Shown here: piece by piece, positions 36,389-48,010 of the stretch | Position numbering within the stretch: the first letter of the stretch is position 1 | How the letters are laid out: each line of letters starts with the position of its first letter | Assembly (NCBI GenBank): GCA_013239625.1 | Contig: MU054212.1 | Span: 2,232,001 to 2,296,000 of the forward strand | DNA length: 64,000 bases | DNA from: Lama guanicoe | Taxonomy: Eukaryota | Reading direction: 5' to 3' | Notes under the pieces: model-generated | What the model was told of the DNA's origin: nothing | The model's input: the letters and a program-made list of their open reading frames with translations, nothing else | Database searches by the model: none | Position numbers and translations under genes: made by a program

Positions 36389-36864
36389 CCCATTGAAATC
36401 ACTGCCCCGGAAAGCAGTCGTCCTGAGGTTTTCCACACTCACAGTTGGTGTACGTGGCCATGCAGTCCAGCACCGGCAGGTGGTGATTGCTGCCCATTGT
36501 GTGAGGTCCAGGGTGGCAGGATCAGTCACGTCACTGCCACTTAGAGAATGGCCTTAGACTAGGTGAGTGTGGCAAAATAAACACAGTATTTAAAAATCAG
36601 CCAGAAAACAGTGCATCTTCAACGCTGCTTGCCCATAGGAAAGAATAGACTGAAAAAGCAAAATATTACTACTAATAACACTAGTAGTAGTAGTACCAGT
36701 AATGAGGGGTGGGACCTCAGACACCAGCAACAGAAATCTGTATCAACCCATTATCAAGAATAAATACACTGAAATAGAAGGGTCTGTACCTCTGCAGGGG
36801 ATAATTTTTAAAACCAGCTGCTGGTAGGGTTTTTTTTTTTTTTGGCATAATGAGATGATCTCAG

Positions 36865-36968
36865 GTAAGGGAAATTTTAGGCTGAATGTCAAGAAAAAAA
36901 ATTCCTGACTGTGAGAACTATTGGATTACAAAGTGGTCTCTCAAGGGAAGAAGTAGAAACTCCATCTG
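36865..36968 (+). mobile_element. L3/CR1 LINE 3' fragment
   Basis: 'aattttaggctgaatgtcaagaaaaaaaattcctgactgtgaga...caagggaagaagtagaaactccatc' resembles the CR1 3' end. Confidence 0.7.
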
Positions 36969-38399
36969 CACTGCTCTGGGAATACGTTTGTTAGTTAAAT
37001 TGTACTCCTTTTCTTAGTTGACTGCTTGACATTTCCGCAACAGAGCCAAATAATTCATGGGTCAGCTAAGAAGAGTGCTTATTATAATCATCTTTTAAAA
37101 TCTCCACCAACAGCAGTGAATTAGAAAAAATATATAGTTACTATTTTATTTTACGTGATAAAGACTGTCAGGTTTTTACAGTATGAAATCTGTTCTTCAA
37201 TACCCTTGGATTACTTTTTAAATGATCGCTGATATCCATAAAAGAGAATGCCCTGGCAGTGCTAAGAAAATAGCATTTGAGAATTGACTAGAAATAATGA
37301 AGAGAGATTGTGTCCACTATTTGTACAAAATGCTGACAGAATCTTAACCGTCCCTTAGACTTCAAATAATAACCTTGCTAATAATAAACTAGATTAAAGG
37401 CAACAACAAACCAAATGACTTTTAATTCTCATGGAAGCAGAAAGGAAAAAACAACAGTTTAAGAAAAGGAAGGCTTGCAAGGAATCAATAAATTAAGAAC
37501 TGCAGATTGTGACATTATTATCCTGTAAATACTCCTTAGTGGTACTTTCAGGATCTCTTCAAACAAAGAAATAGAAAATTAACACAATCCCATCCAATAT
37601 TAGCATGGAACGACTGCAATAAAGGCGAAATACTAGTGCGCTCAGGGCCTGGAGACGGGCCCGGGGCAAGTCACTGAGCATTCTCACCCCCTAACATTTT
37701 TAACAGAGTGAGAAGTGGCCGTCAAGGGCAGCCCTGAAAGGCACGAAAAGGCCAGGAGAACTCCAAAATGGACAACGCAGAATCTGGACTTTGTACCAGC
37801 CAGCCAGCCCCGGTACCCCACATACATAACTCACTAACCACTGCGTAAATACAAACTTTGGGAGTTTATGAGCACTTGTGGCATCTCCTTTGTCTTACTT
37901 GTCACTTGTCTGTGGCTCTAACCACTGGACTCTCTGATCATCGATGATCAGCAAGTACCAAGAACAGTACCTTCGTACGAAAAAATCAGCTAGCTTCTGC
38001 CATTGTAGACGGGCATGTCCATGTAAAAGGCACATGCCAGCGTGGGTTTTAGTTAATTACAATCACAATTTTGATTCCCCTGGACTAAGGCAAATGCAGG
38101 GCTGAAACCATGTGTGTGTTGGTGTACTTTGAGGCTGACTGCTAAGAGGCCACTGTGTTCTGCACCGACTATTGGAATCCCAAGGGTAGTAACCTAGGCA
38201 GAGCCTAGAAAGGGGCCTGCAGTTTCACTCTGCTTCCTGCTGGGAAATCTGCACCATGTGAAAGGGAAAACATTGACTTGCATAGCAATTGTTCACTCAC
38301 TCTTTCACTTAGTCAGTAAATATTTATTGGGAACTCAGAGGTAATCAAAAGCTAAAGAGTCCTTGCTCTTCAGGTACATGAACTCTTGAAACTTTGCTT

Positions 38400-38570
38400 T
38401 GTGACCAACCACATATAAAAATATGACCAAATTAACATTTCTGAAACTCAGTTTTCCCACCAGGAAAAGGGGACTATTAACACCTATCAAGGAGTATGGC
38501 TTTGAGAATAAGTTAAATACACGTATAGACAATGCCTGAGCATTTACCAAGCATTCAGTAAATATTTTCT
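38400..38570 (+). mobile_element. MIR SINE
   Basis: 'ttaacatttctgaaactcagttttcccaccaggaaaaggggactattaacacctatcaagg...tgagaataag'. Confidence 0.7.
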
Positions 38571-39269
38571 AAGCACCTGCCCATATTTGCAACTATGAGA
38601 TATTTTGCTATTGGTATGCACTGTACTAACTAGATGCTAGGGTTACCTGTTCAGTGTTGTACAAAAGCAAGGAAAGTGTGTGTACCTTTCAAAAAAGAGC
38701 TAGTAGCTGATACATACATCATACTAAATGAAAGAAGAAACACAGGGAGAAACTTGGATGACAAATGAGGAAGTTAATACATTTATAGGTTAATTATAAA
38801 GAATCAATCTTCATACAGAATGATGTCTCTCAATCCCTTAACTTTAGAAGGAGAAGCCAAAAGGAAGTACAATCACCATAAATGTGTCAAAAATTACTTT
38901 CATGACTGTTTAACCATCTTTTCCATCTTTCGTTGAAAAGTCGTATAGAGATGAGAGTCAATAAAGTAAAAGTCATCCAAAGAAACCCACAATGAAATAA
39001 ATACTTAGATTCATCAGCACTGGGTTCTCCACATAGTAAGGCTGTATTATCCTACATAAAATATATAAAAGCACTTAGAATACTGGACCTGAAGAAGATG
39101 TCTGAGACCATCTAGTTCAGCTTTTTTACAGATGAAACCTTAGGCAATATTCACTAAGTAAAGGCAACATGTCTGGTAAGTGACAGGCTGGACCAGAGAG
39201 GTCCAATTTCAGTTCGTTCTAATGCCCTTTTCCTCTTCATAATGTACAGAAATATATTTGAAGCCGTGT

Positions 39270-39990
39270 TGTTAATCAACTCTATACCATTAACTATTCT
39301 AGACACTTTAGAGTGATAAGATAGACACAGTTGTTGTCCTTACAGAGTTTTCAGTTTAGCTGGGAGGATGGTTAATATCGTTGGGATCTAGTGCAGTTTA
39401 TGGATGAAGGAAACGCCCCAAGGCAATATTGTTAAGTTGAATCCTAAATTATGAGGTAGACAAACAGGGTAAGAAAGTAGTTCTAGGGAAGGTGGGCAAG
39501 AGAGAGGAGTTGTTGAGCTGAAAGACACGCTGGGGGATGAAGGGTGAGGTAATGAACGTCAGAGGGAGGGTGGAGAGAGGTGACTTTAAAGAGATGAAGA
39601 GGAAGGGCTTGGAAAATCAGGTTAGAGCTAGGAAGTTACCCTAAGAGGAATGGGGAGCCACTGAAGTTTCAGTAGAGGAGTTGGAATGTTTATATTTGCA
39701 TTTTGGTGTGATCAGTCTTCATTGTAGAGAAATAGCTGAAGGAGGAAAGAACAAAGGCAAGCGATCTGTTAGGAGTAATGGGATGAGCTGATGACACTAA
39801 AGGTGGAGTGAAATGAACAGACATGAGAGATGTTTACAAGGTGAACGTGGGAGTGGGGACTTGTTGGGGGACAGTGAGGGGACAGGGAAAGTCAAGACAT
39901 TTTTAGCTTGTCACATGGGAACATGCAAAGAGAAGACTCAAGCACTATCTGTAGTAATGGTGTGTGTGTGCATGTTGAATTTAAGACGCT
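39270..39990 (-). mobile_element. L2 LINE fragment (a MIR-like piece precedes it at ~39075-39230)
   Basis: 'gaataagacacag'-like text and 'gaatggggagccactgaagttt...atttgcatttt...ggagtgaaatgaacagacatgagagatgtt'. Confidence 0.7.
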
Positions 39991-40730
39991 AGAAGACACG
40001 TGATAATCCTGTCCCCCAAACTAAGAGATTTCCAACACAGAGTGCATTATACAACACTATCATCACATGGGAAAGATAATAAAAAATGAAGACTGGAAAT
40101 ATTTTATCAGACATTCAGAGGAAATGTAAATTTCCCAGGAAGATATTTGCAATCTGAACAAATCCTTGGGCAGATGGAGCTGGGAAAGCTGGAAGAGCAT
40201 TCCCCAAGCAAAGCCTGTGTGGTAGTAAACACTCTGGGTAAGTGACAAATGCATTGGGATGCTGTGAAAGATGTGTTTGCAGTCGGGCTCAGAGAGCACA
40301 GAGGGCCATACGTGGAATGAGGTGCACCTGTGCATAGCACAAAATGCCTCAGAACAAAACAGTGGTGGCTTCTCTCTCACCAGAAGGGAAACAAATGACA
40401 AACTGAGCTTCAAAATTGCCCCAAGACCTAAACACTTAGACACTGATAAAGTCACCAATGCAAATAACTTTTCCCTTTCCCCCCAGCTTCTGGCCAGAGC
40501 ATCTTCTGTTTCTGAGTCACTTCAAGTTTAGAAAGAAGCAAGTGCAGCCTCTTTACCCAGCTTTGTAGACCAGGTTTCTGCTTCTGACTGCCATGTCACC
40601 CCCCGTTTCTTTAGAAGAGAAAACTCAAGCTTTCCAAATGCCCAAACCCTCTGCTTTACCAAACCTTTTAAAACACAAATCTTTCATGAAATTACCCAAT
40701 ACGAGCTTGTCCGCATTCACTCTTTATTGG

Positions 40731-41155
40731 TGTCATAGTTAGGGTTCATCTAGAAGCAGACCCTGAGTCAGGAGAAGTAGGCACACAGTGTATTGGGGGA
40801 GATGAAGGGACACTGCAGGGGGGTAAGGGAGTGAGATGAGGAAAGGCAGGGAACCAAGGACAGCTTGTGTTATCAAGCCAGCAGCCACTGTAGGTGACTG
40901 GAAATCAATCAGTTATCCCCATTCAAGAGGTGAAGGAGCTGGGTACTTATACACCACATCTCCTCAGTCATGGATCAAGAGCTGTAGGTGGGTGGATGTG
41001 GGTGGATGGAAGCTATTAATTCTCACAGGGGTAGCAAAGTGCTAAGAGAAAGCCCTCAGGCAAAGAAATGCATAGTCTGACCGCAGGAGGTCCAGAGGTG
41101 TGCACTGAGGAGATGAGGATGAAGGGATATTGGTGAGATTCTGAGAGCACCTCCT
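40731..41155 (-). mobile_element. ERVL solo LTR (LTR33-like)
   Basis: 'gggttcatctagaagcagaccctgag...gtgttatcaagcc...ccactgtaggtgactgga...gttatccc...ggagctgggtacttatacacca...cagtcat...gagaaagccctcaggcaaagaaatgca'. Confidence 0.85.
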
Positions 41156-42404
41156 TAAGAGTTGGCAATAAAATGGGCTCCATTTTGGAGCCAAGGGGAA
41201 GGTGTCAAGATAGACTAACAGGTAACCAACAGCAGATACACACACACACACACACCAGGAGGGATGAGTGACTTCACAAGTTCAAGGTTTCTTGAAAGAA
41301 GGAAGAAGCATTCAGAAAGTCATTTTATCATTACATTGGGGAGGAAGCCCAGACAAGAGAGAACAGACAAAAAAGATTTCATCCATGGAGCTTAGGGATA
41401 ACATTGCTGGGGGCCAGGACAGAACAGTTGCTTGCTACTCTTTGCACTGGTCTTTTGAGGACTGCCAAGTATTTAAAAAAAAAAAAAAAACTCTAGTTGA
41501 CGAGTGTTGGCCATCAGATTTTTCTGAAGACTAAACATAAACTCAAAATTAACTGTCTTTAATTGTGAAGAACAGTCCTTCAGGCCAACAGAGTCTTTTG
41601 ACAGAGAGGCAGCTGTAGCTGGGTGTTTTTCGGTCCTTGAGGAATTACTGGACCAAAAGAATTGGTCTACCTTGCTCAGGTCAGAAGCTATCTGACCAAC
41701 TTACAGATTCTGAATACCTACTCCAACACTTCATATATACCTAAAGTAATAAAGATAAAATTGTACAACCCAAATATGGTGAAAAGTTGTCAGTAAAGGA
41801 CAAACAAGTCCAAATATTTAAACTTTAGCACTAAATCTCCCCACAAGAGGCTCAAACCCATAGGGATTAAGGACTCAAATTAGTATGCCAAAGCAGTCTT
41901 TCAGTTTCCTAAAGGAAAATCAGAGTGAGACATTTTAAGAAGGAGATATTCAGACATTCCTAAGAGGCTGGTTCTGAGGTTCAGATGTCATGAAAAGCAA
42001 TTCTTAAAACCGAGACCCCCGAATGCGGGGTTCTGAGTATCACACCTGGGAAGAAGCACATCACTCTGCAACCACGAGGCAGTAGCTCAGGAAAGGAGAG
42101 CACAGTGTGGAGCAGCCTGAGATGTTCCCTTTCAGTATCCCTGTCTCTCTTTTCACAGATGTCTACGTGCTTGAGTATCCACACAGCCACTGGTGGCAGA
42201 AGTAAAAAACCTACAGACTCCCAAGGAAAGTGGAGACACGTGGCCCTTGGGGCCAAGATAAAACTTGGCAGATGTGTCCGTGTTCCTGAGCCCGTACCAA
42301 ATATCTGATTTTTGTATATCCTTTGTTCAATTTAAGAAGTTCTTAAGAGCGCCTTACAGATGTGGGCCTTCAGTGTTAATTTTAAACACATTCTAGCAAG
42401 GCTA

Positions 42405-42650
42405 GGATGGCTGTATAACACGGAGGTTCAGAGTACAAGCCCCTGAGTCAGATGTACCCAGGCTCAAACCCTGGCTGTTTCCCTTACTGAATGTATCACC
42501 TACGTGTCAATACTGTCCTCTTCTAGTCTTTCTTTTTAACCCTCAACTACAAATGCAAATAACAATAGGATATACATGATAAAGTTGTGATGAGTAAAGG
42601 AGCTAATAAATAAAACACAGTACCTGGCAAGCAGTCAATACTTAACACCT
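42405..42650 (+). mobile_element. MIR SINE
   Basis: 'ggttcagagtacaagcccctgagtcaga...ggctcaaaccctggctgtttcccttactg...acagtacctggca'. Confidence 0.7.
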
Positions 42651-42744
42651 TTTAACTAGAACACCAGGCATGATGGTGGTGGTCAGGGGCATGGTGGCTG
42701 TCTTGATGTTGGTGGCTGTCTTGAAAAGGTTAAACTTTCACCAG

Positions 42745-43120
42745 GATGCTGGTCATTATGCTGTTTACCCAATATTCTCAGTTCTGCCCCCTGCCAGGTA
42801 CATGGCAGGACTGCAGTGTCCTGTCCACTTTAGAGTTAGATGTGGCCTTGGGGCTCACTTTGGCCAAGAGATGCATGTTACCTCTGGCGGGATGGACTTC
42901 AAGAGCCATTGAACAATCCTCCACTAGCTCTTCTTCTCCCCGCTGTGACAATCAGCAATTTTCCTGATGGTTGCTACCTCTTCTTCTTTGAACACAGAGA
43001 AGAGACAACATGGAACACAGGTCCCAGTGACCCATGATGGGCATGTAGCAAGAGCAGAAATGAACATTTGTTGCCTCCCACCACTGAGATTTGGGGGTTG
43101 TTTCAACAGAACCATTATTT
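42745..43120 (+). mobile_element. MaLR solo LTR (MLT1I/J-like)
   Basis: 'cccaatattctcagttct...acatggcaggactgcagtgtcctg...agttagatgtggcc...tttggccaa...atgggcatgtagcaagagcagaaatgaacatttgttg...ccactgagatttgggggttgttt'. Confidence 0.85.
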
Positions 43121-43784
43121 CCAGGAGGAAGTTATTACATAAGATACTTGTGGATTCTCCTCATTAACAGTTACTAAATGCTTATTTTGTGTAAAGAATG
43201 GAAAGAGTAGTGTTGTGCCCTTCTGTCTACATCTTTGCAGGAATTTAGTTCATTTCAAAAACATGGCTACAGCTTCTCTTTGTTGTTAAATTGGATTACA
43301 GTCCAGAAATTTATATACAGAACAGGTGGTAGATGTTTGCTCTAGTGTTATCCTGTATGGCACCCATTACTAAGGTGATTCATTCCAGTTCGACATAAAC
43401 AGTCAACTCTACCATATTTTAAACACTATTTTCTATTCATTGGAAGGCAATAATTTCTCGTCACAAAAAATCTAAACCAGGTCTCAATCTACAATATAAG
43501 AGCCCATATTTTGACTAACCACCACTGTTAGGATTGCTGTAAAACGTCTGCTACTCACTGGCAGGATCTCCAGTCCTATCAGCTGGACATCATATCTTAT
43601 CCCTTGGTACAACACGTATGTGATGAAAGCCAATTTTAAAAATACAGCTAAGCTAAATCCGGAAAGAACAATATGTGTTACCAGTTCTAGTTCAGAACTA
43701 GTGGTTAGTTTCAGTTCCTTAAGGGGTGGGAGAGAAGGGAGTTAAAACGTAGTGAGCAGCTACACACCTTTCATGACACAACTG

Positions 43785-44020
43785 GCAATGGAGACACAAT
43801 AGTGAACAAAATAGACATAGCATAGTCCTGGCCCTCAGAATCAAACCTATCATAGGAAATAGCTAAATAAATTTTTAAAAAACTTTTAGATTGTTATAAG
43901 TGCAAATGAAAAACAAAAGCAAACAAAAAAAACCTTAGCCATTTGGATTATATCCAAGGGCCATTGAAGCCATCAAAGAGGAGAATTAGGTGATCTAATT
44001 TAGTTTTGTGTAGCCTGGAA
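43785..44020 (-). mobile_element. L2 fragments
   Basis: 'ggagacacaatagtgaacaaaatagacatagcatagtcctggccctcaga'. Confidence 0.6.
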
Positions 44021-44049
44021 TAACTGCCAATAAAAAGATACAGAGCACT

Positions 44050-45930
44050 TCTCTCTCCAACAGTCTCCTTGGCAGTAAACAACCACTATCAACCCTCCTT
44101 CTCCCTTCTCACGATCAGATTTCTATCATCACGCCTATTCCCGGACTTCATATAAATAGAATCATATAGTGTGTACTTGTTTCTGTCCAACTTCTATTAC
44201 TCAACACGTTTTTTGAGATTCATCCATGCTGTTATATATATCAATAGTTCATTTCTTTTTATTCCTGAAGAGTATTCAATTGCATGCAAGTCCTCCAATT
44301 GGACCCTCCATTCATCCAATTGATGACTACATGCACAGACTCCAACTGGACTAATCACTCACCTATTGATGGACATTTGTACTGTTTCCAGCCTGGCTGT
44401 TATAAATAAAGTTGCTCTCAACATTCTCATGCAAGTGTTTGGTAGACATTTGATTTCATTTCTCTCAGGTGAAAACCTAGCAGTAGAAATGCTGGGCCGT
44501 AGGGAGGATGTATTTTGAGTTTGATAATGAACTTCCAGTTTTCCAAGAGTTTTACTGTTTCACAGTCTTAGCGACCAAACATGAGAGTTTCGTTTGCTCC
44601 ATATCCTCTTCAACATTTAGCAATGTTAGACTTTTCTTCTTCTTTTTTTTTTTTTTAGTGATTCTCGTGAGAGGGAGGTACTCTCTTGTTGTGCTTTTAA
44701 TTTATTTTTTCATCAAGATCGATGATGTTGAGCACCTTTTCTTGTACATTTTGGACATTCATGTACCCTTTTTTCTCTGTTCAAGTCTTTTGCCCATGTT
44801 TGTATTAGGTTATTGAATGAAGGATTTGTTTATGTGCATGGATATGAGTTTTTTGTCAGATACAGGTTCTGTGAATATGTTTCCCAGTCTGTGGCTTGCC
44901 TATTCATTTTCCCAACGGTGTCCTTTCAGTTTTCATAAATTTATCAATTTATCAATATTTTTCTTCTATAAGTCCTAAGAAATCTTTGCCTATAAGATTT
45001 CCTTATCATCAAGATCACAGGATGTTTTTACATGTTTTTTTTTCTAGAAGTTTCATTTAGAAGCTTTTACATTTAGATCTATAATTCATCTCAAATTAAT
45101 TCTTAAGTTACATACTTTATACATATGCTTACATGTATATGTGTAGAGATTTTTTTTTAATATGAGTATCCAATTGTTCCAGCAATATTTGTTAAAAAGA
45201 CTTTCTTTATTGAATTGACTTAAGACCTTGTAAAATCAATCAACCATATTTTGTGAATCTATTTCTGGATTGTTTTCTGCTCCATTTGTCTATTTTTCTA
45301 TTCTTATGCCAATGCCACAATGTCTTGAGTACTGTAGCTTTAAAGTCCTGAAGCAGAACTGCAAATCTCAAAATTTGTTATTTTTCAAGATAGTTATGAC
45401 TATTTTAGATTATTTGTACTTTTATAAAAATTTTAAATTACTCTGCTAGGTTTTTGGTTGGGATTATGTTGAATCTTAAGATAAGTTTGGGTAGAACTGA
45501 TATCTTGACAATATTGAGTCTTCTGATCCAGACCATGGTGTGTTTTGATTTTTAATTATATCTGTAATGTCTCTTAGCAATATTTTGTAGTTTTCAGTGC
45601 AAAAATCTTGTGCATCTTTTGCTAGATTAATTTCTAGGTATTTGATATTTTGTTACCATGATAAATGTTTTAACTTTATTTTCTAAATTTTTTGCTACTG
45701 TATAGAAATACAATTGATTTTTGTATTAACCTTGTATTCTGCAACCCTACTAAATCTACTTACTAGTGTTAGCAAGCTTTTTGTTTTGTTTTGTTTGTAA
45801 CTCTCATAAGGTTTCCTATGTACACAATAATGGAAGTTCTACTTCTTTCTAATACATATTTTTTTATTTATTTTCCTTGTCTTCTTTCACTTGCCAGGAC
45901 TTCCAGTACAATGTTTAATAGAAATGGTAT
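44050..45930 (-). mobile_element. L1 (L1ME-like): 3' UTR plus ORF2 3' half
   Basis: Antisense L1 text: 'ttcatataaatagaatcatatagt...gagattcatccatg', 'ccagtctgtggcttgcctattcatttt', 'ttgacaatattgagtcttctgatcca', 'ggacttccagtacaatgtttaatagaaatggt'. Confidence 0.88.
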
Positions 45931-45940
45931 GTCAATCATA

Positions 45941-47242
45941 TTTTTTAAGACTTTATTTCTTTAGAATAATTTAACTGTGATTCATAGCAAATCTGAGGGG
46001 AAGGTACAGAGAGTTCTCATATATCCCCTACCCTGACACATGCATAGCCTCCCTTATCATCAACATCCCCCATCAAAGTGGTGCATTTGTTACAATCAAT
46101 GAACCTACACTGACATTATAACCGTCCAAAGTCCACAGTTTACATTATGGTTCACTTTTAGTGTTGTGCATTCTATACATTTGGACAAATGCATAATAAC
46201 ATGTATGCATCATTGTGATATCACACAGAGTATTTTTACTACCCTACAAATTCTCTATGCTCTGCCTATTCATCCCTATCCCCACCCCTAACCCCTGGCA
46301 ACCACTGATCTTTTTACTGTTTTTATGGTTTTGTCTTTTTTCAGAATGTCATAGAGTTGAAACCATATAGTATTTAGCGTTTTCAGATTGGCTTCTTTCA
46401 CTTAGTCATATGCATGTAACTTTCCTCTATGTCTTTTCATGGCTTGACAGCTCACTTCTTTTTAGCACTAAATAATATTTCATTGTTTGGCTGTACCACA
46501 GTTGTTTATGCAGTGATGGTACAGCGTTGGGGGAGGGGAATCATTCTATAGTTTGATGACTAGGTCTCAGTCTTTTAGTGAGACCATGCCTCTGGACCGT
46601 GATCTTCATAAGAATTTCTCAGTTTTTTCCCTCTCACCTGAAGTGGGGTAGGATGGTGAGGGAGGGCTGAAGTTGGGTACTTCCCTTTCCCTGGGATCAG
46701 TTAGGATCTGATAATACTCCAGCAGGTTAGGCTCTGCTTAACTAGTTTCCCCTGAGGGCAAGCCTTGTCAGAAGAACAGAATGCTTTGGTGTATTTTAAA
46801 ATGGGTATTTTCCCCTCCTTTGCCAGAAACATAAGGGGATTTTTCTTCAGTATTTACTGTGGGAATCTAGCCAAGCTGCTGGAGGTAAATCTTACAATAT
46901 TGTGGGGACCTACCAATAACTGGCTACCCCTGGAGTTTTTAATTCTCAGACCTGTCCACGCTGAGGCTCCAGCAATTTGTCAATTACAGTTCTGCTTTTC
47001 CTACCCCAGCACTGTTTCCTGTGGTGATTTTCGCTTATGACTCTGCTCTGCTAAGCCATGAACTCTCTATTCACCTGTCTGTCTCTCCAATCTTAAGGGC
47101 GGTGGTTTGCCCTCTATCCTCCCCTCTCTTGTGGATCCAAGAAAAGCTACTGATTTTTCAGTCTGTTCAGCTTTTCTTACTTGTTATTAGAAGGCGTGGT
47201 GACGTCTATATGCCTCATATGCAAAATTAGAAAGCAGAAGTC
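45941..47242 (-). mobile_element. L1MC-like element: 3' UTR (45941-~46510) joined directly to 5' UTR (~46510-47242)
   Basis: Antisense L1MC 3' end 'aaggtacagagagttctcatatatcccc...caacatccccca...gtggtgcatttgttacaatcaatgaacctacactgaca'. Antisense 5' end 'gatttttcagtctgttcagcttttcttacttgtt...gtggtgac...gcagaagtc'. Confidence 0.8.
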
Positions 47243-47249
47243 TTCAATA

Positions 47250-47370
47250 TCTTTTGCTACATAGCAAGCTAACCCAAAACTTAGAGGCTTAGTACAACAA
47301 TAATTTTGTTGCTTATGAATCTGTGGATTAGAAATTCAGAGCTCAGCAGTGGTGACTTCACTGTGCCACT
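47250..47370 (-). mobile_element. MaLR LTR fragment (MLT1G/H-like)
   Basis: 'gctacatagcaagctaacccaaaacttagaggcttagtacaacaa...tgaatctgtggattagaaattc'. Confidence 0.65.
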
Positions 47371-47419
47371 GCCTTACATGTAGGAAATGAGACATGTATC
47401 TCGGGGATATGATTCTCTT

Positions 47420-48010
47420 AAAGTCTCTTGACAGATAATGGTTGTCTGAATTATAGGTGGACACAATGAAGACAAAGAAAAGTAGGTAAATCTGAGATGT
47501 ACTTTCAAGGCAAGACTGATAGGACTTGCTGATGAATTAATGAGAAAAGAAGGTCCTTGAGAACCTGGTGGGACTATGATGTCATTTACTGACAAGAGGG
47601 AAAAGTTGGAGGAAAAAGTTGTGGCAGGGGTCTTGGTGGAGTGGCAGGGATGGAGCATCTTGGACATGTTTAGGTTGTGATTCTGTTAGATATCCAGGTG
47701 GAGATAGCAAGTAGAGTGTTGGATATACAAGTCTGGAGCTCAGAGGGGGCTTAGCATAGAAATTCTAACCCTGTACAACAGGCATTTTTAACCTCATGTT
47801 AAAAATGGTGAGGCTCCTAGATGTAACTTAATTTTCTCAAAGTCATCAACATAGTAAGTTGATGAGCTAGGATTCAAATCCTGGAAGCCACCTCACTGCA
47901 CTTCCTTGGAGAACTAGAACTCCATCTCAAATGTCTCATGTCCCCAAGAACACTTAGCAAAATACTCAGGGCAGAACAGAGGCATAGTAAGTACTTGTTG
48001 ATTGATTAGT
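47420..48010. mobile_element. L2 (minus, ~47420-47755), MIR (minus, ~47765-47900) and L2 3' end (plus, ~47905-48010)
   Basis: 'aggacttgctgatgaatt...gatatccaggtggagatagcaagtagagtgttggatatacaagtctggagctcagag'; 'gagctaggattcaaatcc'; 'cacttagcaaaatac...taagtacttgttgattga'. Confidence 0.75.

Noticed and set aside
38011..38040. p53 response element (GGGCATGTCC)
   Set aside because: Only one perfect half-site; the second is degenerate and spaced away. The same applies to the half-sites near 23740 and 50913.
42691..42724. Short direct repeat 'tggtggctgtcttga' x2 (similar cases near 13141 and 57004) as a CRISPR-like array
   Set aside because: Each has only two units with no spacer structure, in eukaryotic DNA; these are ordinary slippage micro-duplications.
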